Below are positions 29,061 to 39,964 of a stretch of DNA of 64,000 nt, piece by piece. Source of the stretch: Lachnospiraceae bacterium (GTDB taxonomy: Bacteria > Bacillota > Clostridia > Lachnospirales > Lachnospiraceae); the NCBI GenBank assembly GCA_014804795.1, contig JAAUZC010000022.1:2117-66116 (forward strand), in the 5' to 3' direction. Position 1 is the stretch's first letter. Each line of letters begins with the position of its first letter. A program made the position numbers and the translations under genes. A model generated the notes under the pieces. That model had not been told where the DNA came from and did no database searches. It worked only from the letters and a program-made list of their open reading frames with translations.

Positions 29061-29063
29061 CGT

Positions 29064-29099
29064 CAGCATAAAACCGTTCGCAAAGCGTGCGATTGCTGC
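29064..29099 (-). repeat. Third copy of the 36-bp intergenic repeat
   Basis: Reverse complement GCAGCAATCGCACGCTTTGCGAACGGTTTTATGCTG; 3 mismatches in 32 nt versus 8713-8744. Confidence 0.8.
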
Positions 29100-29117
29100 T
29101 TTGTCTTTAAATGCAAT

Positions 29118-30323
29118 TTACATCTCTTCCAGCTTCTCACGTATCGCTTTGATAAAATCCTGAGAATTTAACACAGTCACATCTTTCATGCTTGTGATCA
29201 GAGCCAGATCTTTCGTCATTTTCCCGGATTCTATCGTTTCTACCGTAGCTTTTTCCAGTTTGTCTGCAAACGCCATCAGCTCCTCATTTCCGTCCAGTTC
29301 ACCGCGTTTCCGAAGAGCGCCTGTCCATGCGAAGATTGTTGCCACTGAATTTGTGGAAGTCTCCTCTCCTGCCAGATGTTTATAATAATGACGCTGTACT
29401 GTGCCATGTGCCGCCTCATATTCGTAAACGCCCTCCGGTGAAACCAATACAGAAGTCATCATCGCAAGGGAACCGAACGCAGAGGAGACCATGTCGCTCA
29501 TAACATCCCCGTCATAATTTTTGCAGGCCCAGATAAATCCGCCCTTTGACTTCATCACTCTCGCCACCGCATCATCAATTAAAGTATAAAAATACTCAAT
29601 GCCCGCTTTCTCAAAAGCATCTTTGTAGTCTCTTTCGTAGATTTCCTGAAAAATATCTTTAAACGTATGATCGTATTTTTTAGAGATCGTGTCTTTCGTC
29701 GCAAACCAGATATCCTGTTTCAGATCCAGCGCATAACTGAGACAGGCCTTTGCAAAGCTTTCAATGGAAGCGTTTGTATTATGCATGCCCTGTAAAATAC
29801 CCGCGCCCTTAAATTCGTGAATTGTTTCCCGGATCTCAGTACCGTCTTCTCCGGTAAAGACAAGCTCCGCCTTACCCGCACCGGGTGCCTTGATCTCCAC
29901 ATTCTTATAGACATCTCCATAGGCATGCCTTGCCAATGTGATCGGTTTCTCCCAGTTTTTCACACAGGGCTCAATACCCTTCACAACAATCGGCGTACGG
30001 AAAACCGTTCCGTCGAGCAGCGCGCGGATCGTCCCGTTCGGACTCTTCCACATCTCTTTTAAATGATACTCTTCCACTCTTGCGGCATTGGGCGTGATCG
30101 TGGCACACTTTACGGCAACCCCGTATTTCTTCGTCGCCACTGCAGAATCCACAGTCACCTGATCATCCGTCTCATTTCTATGCTCCAAACCAAGATCATA
30201 ATACTCTGTCTTTAAATCAATAAATGGAAGCAGAAGTTCCTCCTTGATCATCTGCCAGAGGATCCTTGTCATCTCATCTCCGTCCATCTCCACAAGCGGC
30301 GTCGTCATTTTAATCTTATCCAT
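29118..30323 (-). CDS. icd: NADP-dependent isocitrate dehydrogenase
   Basis: [63 protein letters not shown]. Confidence 0.96.
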   Translation of the reverse strand: MDKIKMTTPLVEMDGDEMTRILWQMIKEELLLPFIDLKTEYYDLGLEHRNETDDQVTVDSAVATKKYGVAVKCATITPNAARVEEYHLKEMWKSPNGTIRALLDGTVFRTPIVVKGIEPCVKNWEKPITLARHAYGDVYKNVEIKAPGAGKAELVFTGEDGTEIRETIHEFKGAGILQGMHNTNASIESFAKACLSYALDLKQDIWFATKDTISKKYDHTFKDIFQEIYERDYKDAFEKAGIEYFYTLIDDAVARVMKSKGGFIWACKNYDGDVMSDMVSSAFGSLAMMTSVLVSPEGVYEYEAAHGTVQRHYYKHLAGEETSTNSVATIFAWTGALRKRGELDGNEELMAFADKLEKATVETIESGKMTKDLALITSMKDVTVLNSQDFIKAIREKLEEM

Positions 30324-30380
30324 ACTATTTATCTCCTTTATTTAAATTCTGCAACAGCCTTTCCGGACTGCCGTTTTTAG

Positions 30381-31067
30381 TTACTCATCCTGATACGCCT
30401 GATAAAGCCCGCTCTTCACCATATTCTCAAACGCATTGATCATATGTGCATTGGCAAGCTGTTCCGCCCTGTCCGCATCTCCATCCCGAATCGCCTCCAT
30501 GATCAGGCGGTGCTCGTTATTGGAAGCTGTTGCCCTGTCCGTCACCAGTGTTTTTCTTCTGACACGCAGCACATAATTATGATAATCTTTCAACAGATGT
30601 TCCAGCATTTTAGAATCACAGGCCTCATACAGTATATCATGAAACCGGTTATCCAGTTCGGCAATCTGCTCCATATGGCCTTTTTTTGCATGGAATTCCG
30701 TCAGATAAACGTTCTCCTCCATCTCTTCCATCTGTTCCTTTGTAATGTGTTTCGTCGCCCATCTTGCACAAAGCCCCTCCAGTCTGGAACGGATCATATA
30801 GATATCTTTCACATCTTTTATCGTAATGCCGGTGACAAAAGCACCCTTATTCGGAATGATCTGAATCAGTCCTTCCAATTCAAGCTGTCTGAAAGCTTCC
30901 CTGACCGGGGTTCTTGATACGCCTAACTCTTCCCCGATCGCAACTTCCCTCAATTCCTCATGTTCCTTGTATTTTCCGCTCAGAATATCATCCCGAAGCT
31001 TATGAAAGACTCTTCCGCGCAGAGAATATTTGTCCGTTACTTCGTTTTTTACATCATACTTATCCAT
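30381..31067 (-). CDS. GntR (FCD) family transcriptional regulator
   Basis: ELGVSRTPVREA HTH, LDNRFHDILY, EHRLIMEAI; start refined to ATG 31067. Confidence 0.9.
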   Translation of the reverse strand: MDKYDVKNEVTDKYSLRGRVFHKLRDDILSGKYKEHEELREVAIGEELGVSRTPVREAFRQLELEGLIQIIPNKGAFVTGITIKDVKDIYMIRSRLEGLCARWATKHITKEQMEEMEENVYLTEFHAKKGHMEQIAELDNRFHDILYEACDSKMLEHLLKDYHNYVLRVRRKTLVTDRATASNNEHRLIMEAIRDGDADRAEQLANAHMINAFENMVKSGLYQAYQDE

Positions 31068-31086
31068 TTCATTCCTCACTTTACAG

Positions 31087-32511
31087 TCACTTACCCAAAT
31101 CCGCAATTCCAAGCTTTTTACACTCTTCACCTATCACGTACACCAATTCCTCATCCGTCAAAACAGTTACACGCCCCTGGGCATACTGCTCGTCCACCCA
31201 GATCTTCACATTTTTCACAAGCTCACTTGTCTTGTCCAAATGCTCTTCTTCCTTCAATTTATAGTAAGTATTGATCCAGTGGGCGATACCTGCAAGGCCT
31301 GATGTATTGGAAACCGCACACACCACCGGCCTGTTTAGGAATTTCTCCGTGTCAAAAATATTATAAATCTCTTCATTTTTCAACAGACCATCCGCATGGA
31401 TACCTGCTCTCGTCACATTGAAATTCTTTCCCACAAAAGGCGTTCTCGGTGGGATCCGGTAGCCGATCTCCTTTTCATAGTACTCTGCCAGTTCCGTGAT
31501 AACCGTGGTATCCATACCGTCAAGTGTCCCTTTCAACTGCGCATACTCAAATACCATTGCTTCAAGCGGCGTGTTGCCGGTCCGCTCCCCGATACCGAAC
31601 AGAGAAGTATTTACCCCGCAGCATCCATATAGCCATGCTGTCGTGGAATTTGTCACTGCTTTATAAAAATCATTGTGCCCGTGCCACTCGATCAGCTCGT
31701 TCGGCACACCGGCATGCTTGTGAATCGCATAAATAATGCCCTGCACGGAACGGGGAATTACAGCTCCCGGATAATTTACACCATAGCCCATCGTATCGCA
31801 GGCACGCACTTTGACAGGGATCTTATATTCCTCCATCAGTTTCATCAATTCCAGACAGAACGGCACCACATAGCCATAAATATCCGCTCTTGTGATATCT
31901 TCCAGATGGCACCTGGGACTGATACCCTCCTCAAGGCAGTCCCTGATCACATTCAGATAATGCTCCATCGCTTCACGCCTTGTCATCTTCAACTTCATAA
32001 AAATATGATAGTCGGAACAGCTCACCAGAATGCCGGTCTCTTTCATACCGATCTCTTTCACCATCTTAAAATCTTCTTTTGAAGCCCGGATCCAGCTTGT
32101 CACTTCGGGAAATTTATAACCTCGTTCCATGCACTGATAAACCGCATCTCTGTCTTTTTTGCTGTAAAGAAAAAACTCACAGGCGCGAATCAACCCACCC
32201 GGGCCACCCAGTTTATGAAGATGATCATAGATTGTAACAATCTGTTTTGTTGTATAGGGTGCTCTCGACTGCTGGCCATCCCGGAATGTCGTATCGGTGA
32301 TCCAGATTTCTTTCGGCATATTGTGGGGCACGATCCTGTCATTGAAAGGAATCTTCGGCACTTCGGAATAGGGGAACATATTGCGGAACACATTAGGTTT
32401 TTTCACATCATCCAATATGTACATGTGTTCCTCTATCTCCAGCAGATTATTATTATCATTCATTGTGATCGGCCTGTTTGTGAACATATCACTGTTATAA
32501 AAATCCGTCAT
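31087..32511 (-). CDS. Re-citrate synthase (DRE-TIM metallolyase; often labelled 2-isopropylmalate synthase)
   Basis: ITDTTFRDGQQ, WHGHNDF, GERTGN; FPYSEVPKI, ERGYKFPEVTSWIRA, SCSDYHIF and RCHLEDITRAD match my recollection of the Clostridium kluyveri Re-citrate synthase type; no LeuA regulatory domain; clustered with icd. Confidence 0.8.
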   Translation of the reverse strand: MTDFYNSDMFTNRPITMNDNNNLLEIEEHMYILDDVKKPNVFRNMFPYSEVPKIPFNDRIVPHNMPKEIWITDTTFRDGQQSRAPYTTKQIVTIYDHLHKLGGPGGLIRACEFFLYSKKDRDAVYQCMERGYKFPEVTSWIRASKEDFKMVKEIGMKETGILVSCSDYHIFMKLKMTRREAMEHYLNVIRDCLEEGISPRCHLEDITRADIYGYVVPFCLELMKLMEEYKIPVKVRACDTMGYGVNYPGAVIPRSVQGIIYAIHKHAGVPNELIEWHGHNDFYKAVTNSTTAWLYGCCGVNTSLFGIGERTGNTPLEAMVFEYAQLKGTLDGMDTTVITELAEYYEKEIGYRIPPRTPFVGKNFNVTRAGIHADGLLKNEEIYNIFDTEKFLNRPVVCAVSNTSGLAGIAHWINTYYKLKEEEHLDKTSELVKNVKIWVDEQYAQGRVTVLTDEELVYVIGEECKKLGIADLGK

Positions 32512-32765
32512 ATAAACAGCCTGCCTTTCTCTGATGTATATCCAAAATTATTTTATTACAATTTTTACCGACAGTCTCTGTATCATTGTATACAACAGTA
32601 CACTCCTGTGTCAATCTGCATTTTTACTAAAAACAGAGGAAACTTGCCCTGTTCTTTAAGACAAAAGTTCATCAAAAAAGAACACAGACCGGCTATCCGT
32701 ACAAACTCAAAACAAGGGGCTTCTGATTATGATAGAAAAAAGAACTATTTTATCAGACATAAGCT

Positions 32766-33686
32766 ATGAACAGAGTAAGAAATCAACTTGGACTATACCA
32801 AATACCAAAAACACCATATCTTGAAACGGAGCCTGTAACAGTTGCTGTGCTGGACAGCGGAATTGATATGAAACATCCTGATTTGGAGGGGAAAATACTT
32901 GAATTTCAGGATTTTGTAACGGGCAGAAATGTACCTCATGACGATTACGGACATGGCACACATGTCTGCGGCTGCATTGCAGGGAGCGGAAAAATCTCTG
33001 AAGGCATCTATAGCGGCATCGCCCAAAACACACGTCTCATTGTCGGAAAAATACTGGATAAAAAAGGGGATGGCAATGTTGAAAAAATGGTACAGGCAAT
33101 GCAGTGGATCCTGGAAATAAAAAATACCTACAACATCCGTGTGCTGAATATCTCCATTGGAACAGGAAACGGATATGAAAAAAAGGAATACGATGAGATC
33201 AGAGAACTTTTTAACGAAGCCTGGTATCAGGGCATTATGATCATCTGTGCGGCAGGAAACAGCGGGCCTGCAAACGGCAGCATTTCCATGCTCGGCATGA
33301 ATCGCAATATCATTACAGTCGGTTGTCATGAAGGATGGGAAAGTTATCGTTTCGATCACCCCTGCCAGACCTATTCCGGCAGAGGTGAAATTTCAGACAT
33401 TTACAGAAAACCTGACATTGTCGCCCCGGGAACAGAAATTATTTCCTGCAAAGCGGCTCCCTACAGGGGGAAGACAATACTGGACAAATATTATTGTAAG
33501 AAAAGCGGCACCTCCATGGCTACCGCCATCGTGTCAGGGTGCTGTGCGCTCTTTTTTGAAAAAAATCCGGTGGAATCCAATGAATACTGTAAAAGGCGGC
33601 TTTTGCAGACCGCCCGCAATTTGGGTGAAGCATGGAATAAACAGGGATACGGCATGGTCGATCCTATAGCGATGCTACCGTCCTAA
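32766..33686 (+). CDS. S8 (subtilisin-like) serine peptidase without signal peptide
   Basis: Triad motifs VLDSG, HGTHV, GTSMAT; oxyanion AAGNSG. Confidence 0.9.
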   Translation: MNRVRNQLGLYQIPKTPYLETEPVTVAVLDSGIDMKHPDLEGKILEFQDFVTGRNVPHDDYGHGTHVCGCIAGSGKISEGIYSGIAQNTRLIVGKILDKKGDGNVEKMVQAMQWILEIKNTYNIRVLNISIGTGNGYEKKEYDEIRELFNEAWYQGIMIICAAGNSGPANGSISMLGMNRNIITVGCHEGWESYRFDHPCQTYSGRGEISDIYRKPDIVAPGTEIISCKAAPYRGKTILDKYYCKKSGTSMATAIVSGCCALFFEKNPVESNEYCKRRLLQTARNLGEAWNKQGYGMVDPIAMLPS

Positions 33687-34634
33687 CGCTCCGGGTACAA
33701 CACTCTTTACCGTTTCAGGCAGCACGGGATCTTCCTCATCTCCGCGATATGCAAGCAAAATACCATCCCCTACGATCAGGAAATCATCCGCATCTGACAC
33801 ACCGGCTGTCTCATCGTCTTCCGCAGCGCCTTCCATCCAGTTTTTCAGCCATGGCGTATGGGAAAAAGCATTTTCTTCGATAGTCGTAACGCTGTCCGGT
33901 ATGACCACATCGTTAAGTGCATCGCAATGATAGAAAGCCCCATATCCGATATAAGTTACACCCCCCGGAATGGATATGCTGCTTAAACCGCTTCTTGCAA
34001 AAGCAAATTTTTCAATGGTATTCACGCCGTCCGGGAATGTATAATCCTGCAGCATCTCCTCTCTATAAAAGGCCCATTCGGCAATTTTGCTGTTGGACAT
34101 CGCTTTTGCCGTCTCGTTTTCCATTTTCAGGGAAAACGCGTCTATCTCTTCCGGTTCATAATTGCCCTGATAAATAGAAGCATAACTGCCGTTCATCATC
34201 ACAACCGCAGTTCCATTCACCACCGGCACCATACCGAGATTATTTCCGGCAGAAGTCTTCATTACATAGAGAACACCCTCCTCAGAAGAAACGGCAGTTT
34301 CTTCCAGTGTACTCTCATCTTCTACAGATTCTTCCTGCTCCGCCGCATCTGTATTTTCGGCAGCCTCTTCGCTCTCCACCGCTTTGCTCTCATCTTCAGC
34401 GGTTTCCGTATCCTCAGAGGTCTCTTCCGGCGCAGTATCAGAAGCAGGTGCTTCAGGATCATCCGGCTTTTCTGCTTCATCAGCGCTCTTTGCCGCATCA
34501 CTTTCAACTTCCGCGCTCTCCACGGTATCTGATGATTCTTCTGTTTCCGCTGCTGCATATAAGTTTCTTGCACCGACCCAGATAAGGGCAGACAAAACAA
34601 GAATACCACAGCCAATCAATATATTTTTTTTCAT
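33675..34634 (-). CDS. Membrane-anchored BspA-type leucine-rich-repeat protein
   Basis: N-terminal hydrophobic anchor, acidic E/A/S linker, LRR_5-like repeats (FPDGVNTIEKFAF, IPGGVTYIGYGAF, IPDSVTTIEENAF). Confidence 0.8.
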   Translation of the reverse strand: MKKNILIGCGILVLSALIWVGARNLYAAAETEESSDTVESAEVESDAAKSADEAEKPDDPEAPASDTAPEETSEDTETAEDESKAVESEEAAENTDAAEQEESVEDESTLEETAVSSEEGVLYVMKTSAGNNLGMVPVVNGTAVVMMNGSYASIYQGNYEPEEIDAFSLKMENETAKAMSNSKIAEWAFYREEMLQDYTFPDGVNTIEKFAFARSGLSSISIPGGVTYIGYGAFYHCDALNDVVIPDSVTTIEENAFSHTPWLKNWMEGAAEDDETAGVSDADDFLIVGDGILLAYRGDEEDPVLPETVKSVVPGALGR

Positions 34635-34717
34635 ATCCGGCTCCTGTCACTACCTTTTAAATATTTCTACGCCAATCAGGAAAGCTGAATATCTCTTCAA
34701 CTTCCCTGATCTTATCA

Positions 34718-37700
34718 TTACGCTGCGCTTGGATTTACTTTCCTGTCTTTCTTAAGGAACAGCACTGCTGAGAACAGTGCAAGCCCCACTGCCAAAAACC
34801 ACTTCGGATGGATGGCATCACCGGTCTTCGGTGTAGCGTCAAAGGCACCATCTGAAAGATTCGCCGTATCAACGTAAACAGTATAAGGTGAGAAATGTGT
34901 TGCCGTAAAGGTTACACACGGCACACCGTTTACTGTAGTAAATCTTGCATTCAGTTTATCCAGATTATTTCCGCCGATTACCGCTCCCACCTTGTTGTTT
35001 CCGGCATACTGGCGCAGTTCATCCGGTATGGGCAGAGTTATCGTTACGGAAAGTCCGCTGGTATCTGTTATCTTTGTCGTTCCGGTCTCATCATACAGCG
35101 AAATATCCATCGCAAAATAGTGAATATTTTCTAAATCGCCATACTCATTCCGGAGCGCCTCTGCTACCGCAGCCGTAGCCTGCCCGTCTTCTGTTACTTT
35201 GACAACAAAGTTATCTGTAGAACCGTTTACTGTTGCAGAAGCGACAGTGGTATCTGAAATACCCGGTCTGCTTACTTCTATGGTACTGCCGCTGTTACTG
35301 CTGTTGCCGTCACCGTTGTTTCCGCTGCCGCCGCTATTGCTGCTGCTCACAGAACCTGTGTTGGAAGACGGCGCAGAAGTGATAGTACCTTCTGTCCTTC
35401 TCGACGTAATACTGTTGCCCGTCTCGCTCTTCGTCCTGTAGTTTGCCGTAACAGTCAGATTTTTAGCCGGCATCTTAAAGGTTGTCGCCGACATTGTCTT
35501 GCTGGCAAAGTTTGTATCTTCTTCCGAAGAAGTCCAGTTATAGAACTCATATCCGGTATTCGGATCAAACGCAGCGATCACTACTGTAGTTCCCTCCGCA
35601 TAATCACCGGAACCGGAACCGTTTACAACAGTGAGGGTGTATAACGGACCATTGGAGTTATTGTTATTATTGTCGCCATTGTTTCCGCCATTCGGGTTAT
35701 TCGGATCATTATTGTTCCCGCCGTTCGGATTGTTCGGGTCATTGTTATTCCCGCCGTTCGGATTGTTCGGGTCATTGTTATTCCCGCCGTTCGGATTGTT
35801 CGGGTCATTATTATTCCCGCCGTTCGGATTATTTGGATTATTTGGATTATTCGGGTCATTCGGATTATTTCCGCTCGTACCACCGTTCAAATAATCATAA
35901 CTCGCCATAAACATTACATTTCCGGTAATGTTATTCATCTGAATCTCACCTGCTCCGTCTTCTTCCGGCACAGAGATCCAGCCAAGGAATTTGTATTGTT
36001 CACCTCTGTAAGATGTCGGGGTTTTCGGCTCCTCCGCAACTCCGCCGTCCAACACCTCACGTTCCACGATCAGTTTCAGGTCATCATTCACAAACCGCAC
36101 TGTCCATGTTACCGGCGCCTCATCCGTATAAGTTGCCTGCACATACATGTCTTTTACAGCCGGTGAATATCCGCCCGGAAGCCATTTGTCAAAATACATT
36201 CCCGGATGCTTTGCCAAAAACGGCGCAAGCTCTTCATCTGTAGGAGGAACTACATCCTGCCCCTGCTGAGCAATCACTTCTTTAATCACTGTTCTGCTGT
36301 CATCATCCAGGAAAGTGATCGTATAAGAGGGAAGAATTGTTTCATTTCCCGGTTTCCAACCGTATTTTACGTTTGTATTCATCAGCTTCTCTGCAGTGCT
36401 GCCCGCCGGACATGTCACCTCCACATTATGTAATACATTATCTTCATCATCGCTGCTGTAAAATACCTTATTCGTCGGAAATCTCACATTGCTGTTCACC
36501 ACACGCAGGCTTTTCAGATTGGTATCCTTCAAAGAATAATCCTCCAGCTCTCCGCAGGCAAGCGGCAGCTTCAGCTGCGTCAGGTCAGAAGCATTTGCAA
36601 AACAAAACTCCGGTATCTTTTCTACATTTGTATTGGTCAGATCAACCATGACGATCTGCTCGCAATCCATAAATGCTTCAGGATAAATTTTGGTTATGCC
36701 CGCAAGTTCTTCGGGTCCTACCATCATAGAACCTATGTTGCCGCCTCTCTCCACCAGACACTCCACAATGGCATCCCGCTGGCCGTTATTCCCTTCATAG
36801 ATAATTCCGTCTTTGCATGAGAAATTTTCGCCTGCAGTACCGGTTCCGGGCGTTGTGCTCTCTCCTGTGAAATATACAGCATTCACACCCGCATCATGCG
36901 CAAAAGGTCTGATGCCCATCTCACTCGTTGTGTTCGGAATTGTAACACTTTTCAGATTTTTGCATTGACCAAAAGCATAGTTGCCGATGCTTTCTCCATT
37001 TTCCGCATTGGAAGGATACATCACCACGGTTTCCAACGCCTCACATCCATAAAATGTGTAGTCATCCAGTTTCTCGATATCACGCATAGTGATACTGCGG
37101 AGATATTTATTAGCAAAATCAGCATCTTCCGGAATCGCTGATGCATTTTCAGCAACATCTGCCGCTTTTACAGTATTCTCATCATTAGCCTTGGAAAACA
37201 GTTCCTTTCCGATACCCTGGATACCGGTCGGCAGCGTAACATCAATAGCTGACAGAAACGCTGCTGTCACATTCGGCGAGTCAGTCGGTACCGTTTTGTC
37301 GGCCAGATACGCCTTAGCAATTTCAGTAATTCTCGCATTAATTCCGTTTTCACCATCTATAATAATGCTGCCATCCGCGTTATTGTACCCTCCAGTACTG
37401 ATCAATGCTTCCTTTAATGCCTGATAATATTCGTCATCTTCACTATATGTTACAGAAGATTCCCCGGCCTCTATCGCAGCCTTAACCTTATTCATTATAT
37501 CATCCGCTTTCGGTACACTGCATACGATGCGCTTACCCGTCTCTGCATCATACTTCACGTGGATATTGGTAGGATTCCCGGAAGAAAATTCAATATGAGA
37601 CACCGGCTGGTCAGGACTATTATAGGTATTTTCCGGATCCATCGCATACATAAACGGACCGGAATTAAAATCAATATTTCCGACAAAAGTCAATGTTGTC

Positions 37701-39847
37701 GGCACTTCCGCTGTGGAACCTTCCTGCGTGTAAAAAGCATTCTTTCCAATCGACCCGATTTCGATTTTGTTGGTTTCCTGGAATGTGACTTTTTTCAGGC
37801 TATTGCAGCCCATAAATGCTTCGTCGGCAATTCTTACTACCGTGTTTGGTATATAAATAGAATCGACATTCTTATTTCCTTTAAAATCACTTCCGATAGC
37901 CGTAATCGGATAAGGGCCGACACTGCCCGGAATTACCGCATCAAAATGTTTAGTTCCATCAATTGTTATTCCTAACAGTTCCCCTTCCTTATTCGCCTGA
38001 TAGGTAAGCTTTGAACCATTCGCATCCTGTTTGATCACCTCAAAAACTTCCGTATCGCGATATTTAAAGGCGATGGAATACTCTTTCGTTATCTCATTAT
38101 GGATCTTACACGCACCGCTGGAACTTCCGATAAAGTAAAACTGCTCTCCCACCTGTTCTTTAAACTTCTCGACATCAAATTTAAGTTCAGGGTCTGGATT
38201 AAAAGTCAGGTCAAAAGTTGTTCTATCATTCAACACATCAATCCATTTCAGACTGGTGCATCCCTTAAAGTCAGAGAAAAACAGGTCATTAAAATTTGGA
38301 TTATCCGGCAATGTGACATGCTCCAAAGCAGAACAGCCTTCAAATAACGCATCGCCTGTCTCTTCCAGATTTTCCGGTAAAACAATCTCTTTTAAAGAGG
38401 CACAATTTCTAAAAACATCATCCCCAATCCTTCTTATATTGCAATTATCCTCTTCGTAAGTAATACTTGCCAACCTTGTGCAGCCCTCAAACGCCTTATC
38501 GCCGATTGCAGTAATAGCCGACGGAAAATAGAAAGTCTGCAGGTTGCTGCAATTTCTAAACGCACTCTGTCCTATCGTCTCCACAGCGCAGGCAGTCGCC
38601 ATCTTGAATGTCCGCATACCGGTGCAGCCCTCAAATGCAGACTCTCCCAAGACAGCTATCATACTTCCCTCATTAAAAGTGACCTCTCTCAAATTCGTAC
38701 AGTTATAGAAGGAATAATCCGCAATGACACGCAAAGTTTTCGGCAGGCTGATGGACTGAATATTTGCGCCATTTGTAAAAAAGCTGGTATTTTGCGCCGT
38801 TTTATTAGGGTCAATTTTATATATTCCGTTTTGATCTGTGGTAACCCTCTGACTGGAAATACAGTTGACATCAACACCGGTCAGCCATCCGCCGCTGCTT
38901 GCAGTCGCATCAGTAAAATATTCCGTCGCTTCCAAACCTAAAGCAGCCTCATCCAGAACCTTCTCCGACATTTCTATCGACTTTCGGAAACCATCTTTAC
39001 CACCCAATCCAATCTGTGCCAACGATTCATCGAACGGCAGCCTGCAATATTCCCACGCCGCAGCGCTTTCTTTATAATTTGAGTCATCTCCCGATACTTT
39101 ATCTGTATTATAAGTATAATAAACTACACCAGGGATATTCCATGTAGTCTCCGTATCATATTCACAAGGATTATGATTGAACGTAAAATATGTAATTGTC
39201 TGTGTCATTATTTTTCCATCAGCAGACGGCACCTCAGCTGCACCTGCCTGAAATCGGTTCCTGTTAGTGGAAGTCTCAACCTCAGGCACCTCCGCACGTT
39301 GGATCGACCACAGCCCATAGTTGAGCTTAGTGGTACCAGCAATATAGCCGTCCGGTATATTTGCCGTTCTGGTAGCTGTAACCCTTGTAACAGCTCTATA
39401 ATATAAAGGTTTTGCTCCATTTCTGCTTGCCGCCGCCAGTCCTCTGTTCGTACCGCTCGCATCCGTATAGGGTACATAAGCATTCAGTGTTTCAGGAATT
39501 TCCAGATGTCCGTCCGGCAGAGGCGTCGCCACATACCCCACCAGAATCGCCACATTTGTAACATTATCAACAGTTCCATAAGCGAACTGGAATTTATTAT
39601 CGCCGGTACAGTATATTGTAGTAGTATCCGGATCCAACTTAGGAATCTTAGAACCAGTTGCTGCATCTGCATCCCCTGCATTCGTTATCACAGGTTTACT
39701 ATGACCGGCCTCTCCTCCCGCGGCCGCAGCCTCCGGCACCGGGATTGCCGCCACCGTGATAGCGGAAACAAGCAGCATGGCAGCTGTTGTCTTCCTGATG
39801 CGCCTTCTCATCTTTCTGTCCAGTTTCTTTTTCAATTTTCCAAACAT
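34718..39847 (-). CDS. 1709-aa sortase-anchored surface protein with BspA-type LRRs, InlB-B-like repeats and N/P/G repeats
   Basis: Signal peptide; multiple xxIGxxAFxxCxxL LRRs; YTITFLDDD/WTVRFVNDD/YTLTVVNG repeat modules; C-terminal TPKTG + hydrophobic helix + KKDRK. Confidence 0.88.
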   Translation of the reverse strand: MFGKLKKKLDRKMRRRIRKTTAAMLLVSAITVAAIPVPEAAAAGGEAGHSKPVITNAGDADAATGSKIPKLDPDTTTIYCTGDNKFQFAYGTVDNVTNVAILVGYVATPLPDGHLEIPETLNAYVPYTDASGTNRGLAAASRNGAKPLYYRAVTRVTATRTANIPDGYIAGTTKLNYGLWSIQRAEVPEVETSTNRNRFQAGAAEVPSADGKIMTQTITYFTFNHNPCEYDTETTWNIPGVVYYTYNTDKVSGDDSNYKESAAAWEYCRLPFDESLAQIGLGGKDGFRKSIEMSEKVLDEAALGLEATEYFTDATASSGGWLTGVDVNCISSQRVTTDQNGIYKIDPNKTAQNTSFFTNGANIQSISLPKTLRVIADYSFYNCTNLREVTFNEGSMIAVLGESAFEGCTGMRTFKMATACAVETIGQSAFRNCSNLQTFYFPSAITAIGDKAFEGCTRLASITYEEDNCNIRRIGDDVFRNCASLKEIVLPENLEETGDALFEGCSALEHVTLPDNPNFNDLFFSDFKGCTSLKWIDVLNDRTTFDLTFNPDPELKFDVEKFKEQVGEQFYFIGSSSGACKIHNEITKEYSIAFKYRDTEVFEVIKQDANGSKLTYQANKEGELLGITIDGTKHFDAVIPGSVGPYPITAIGSDFKGNKNVDSIYIPNTVVRIADEAFMGCNSLKKVTFQETNKIEIGSIGKNAFYTQEGSTAEVPTTLTFVGNIDFNSGPFMYAMDPENTYNSPDQPVSHIEFSSGNPTNIHVKYDAETGKRIVCSVPKADDIMNKVKAAIEAGESSVTYSEDDEYYQALKEALISTGGYNNADGSIIIDGENGINARITEIAKAYLADKTVPTDSPNVTAAFLSAIDVTLPTGIQGIGKELFSKANDENTVKAADVAENASAIPEDADFANKYLRSITMRDIEKLDDYTFYGCEALETVVMYPSNAENGESIGNYAFGQCKNLKSVTIPNTTSEMGIRPFAHDAGVNAVYFTGESTTPGTGTAGENFSCKDGIIYEGNNGQRDAIVECLVERGGNIGSMMVGPEELAGITKIYPEAFMDCEQIVMVDLTNTNVEKIPEFCFANASDLTQLKLPLACGELEDYSLKDTNLKSLRVVNSNVRFPTNKVFYSSDDEDNVLHNVEVTCPAGSTAEKLMNTNVKYGWKPGNETILPSYTITFLDDDSRTVIKEVIAQQGQDVVPPTDEELAPFLAKHPGMYFDKWLPGGYSPAVKDMYVQATYTDEAPVTWTVRFVNDDLKLIVEREVLDGGVAEEPKTPTSYRGEQYKFLGWISVPEEDGAGEIQMNNITGNVMFMASYDYLNGGTSGNNPNDPNNPNNPNNPNGGNNNDPNNPNGGNNNDPNNPNGGNNNDPNNPNGGNNNDPNNPNGGNNGDNNNNNSNGPLYTLTVVNGSGSGDYAEGTTVVIAAFDPNTGYEFYNWTSSEEDTNFASKTMSATTFKMPAKNLTVTANYRTKSETGNSITSRRTEGTITSAPSSNTGSVSSSNSGGSGNNGDGNSSNSGSTIEVSRPGISDTTVASATVNGSTDNFVVKVTEDGQATAAVAEALRNEYGDLENIHYFAMDISLYDETGTTKITDTSGLSVTITLPIPDELRQYAGNNKVGAVIGGNNLDKLNARFTTVNGVPCVTFTATHFSPYTVYVDTANLSDGAFDATPKTGDAIHPKWFLAVGLALFSAVLFLKKDRKVNPSAA
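35684..35870 (-). repeat. Intragenic 33-bp tandem repeat (about 5 units, PNNPNGGNNND) plus 9-bp PNN repeats
   Basis: Unit starts at 35684, 35717, 35750, 35783, 35816. Confidence 0.92.
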
Positions 39848-39964
39848 AAAAATCCACCTTCTTCTGTCATTTTATGATGTCGGGAATATATCGTTTACCC
39901 CCGCGATGTTTATGCAACACTCTGCATCTTATGTTTCTGCAGATGTAACTTTCTTTTATTTATC

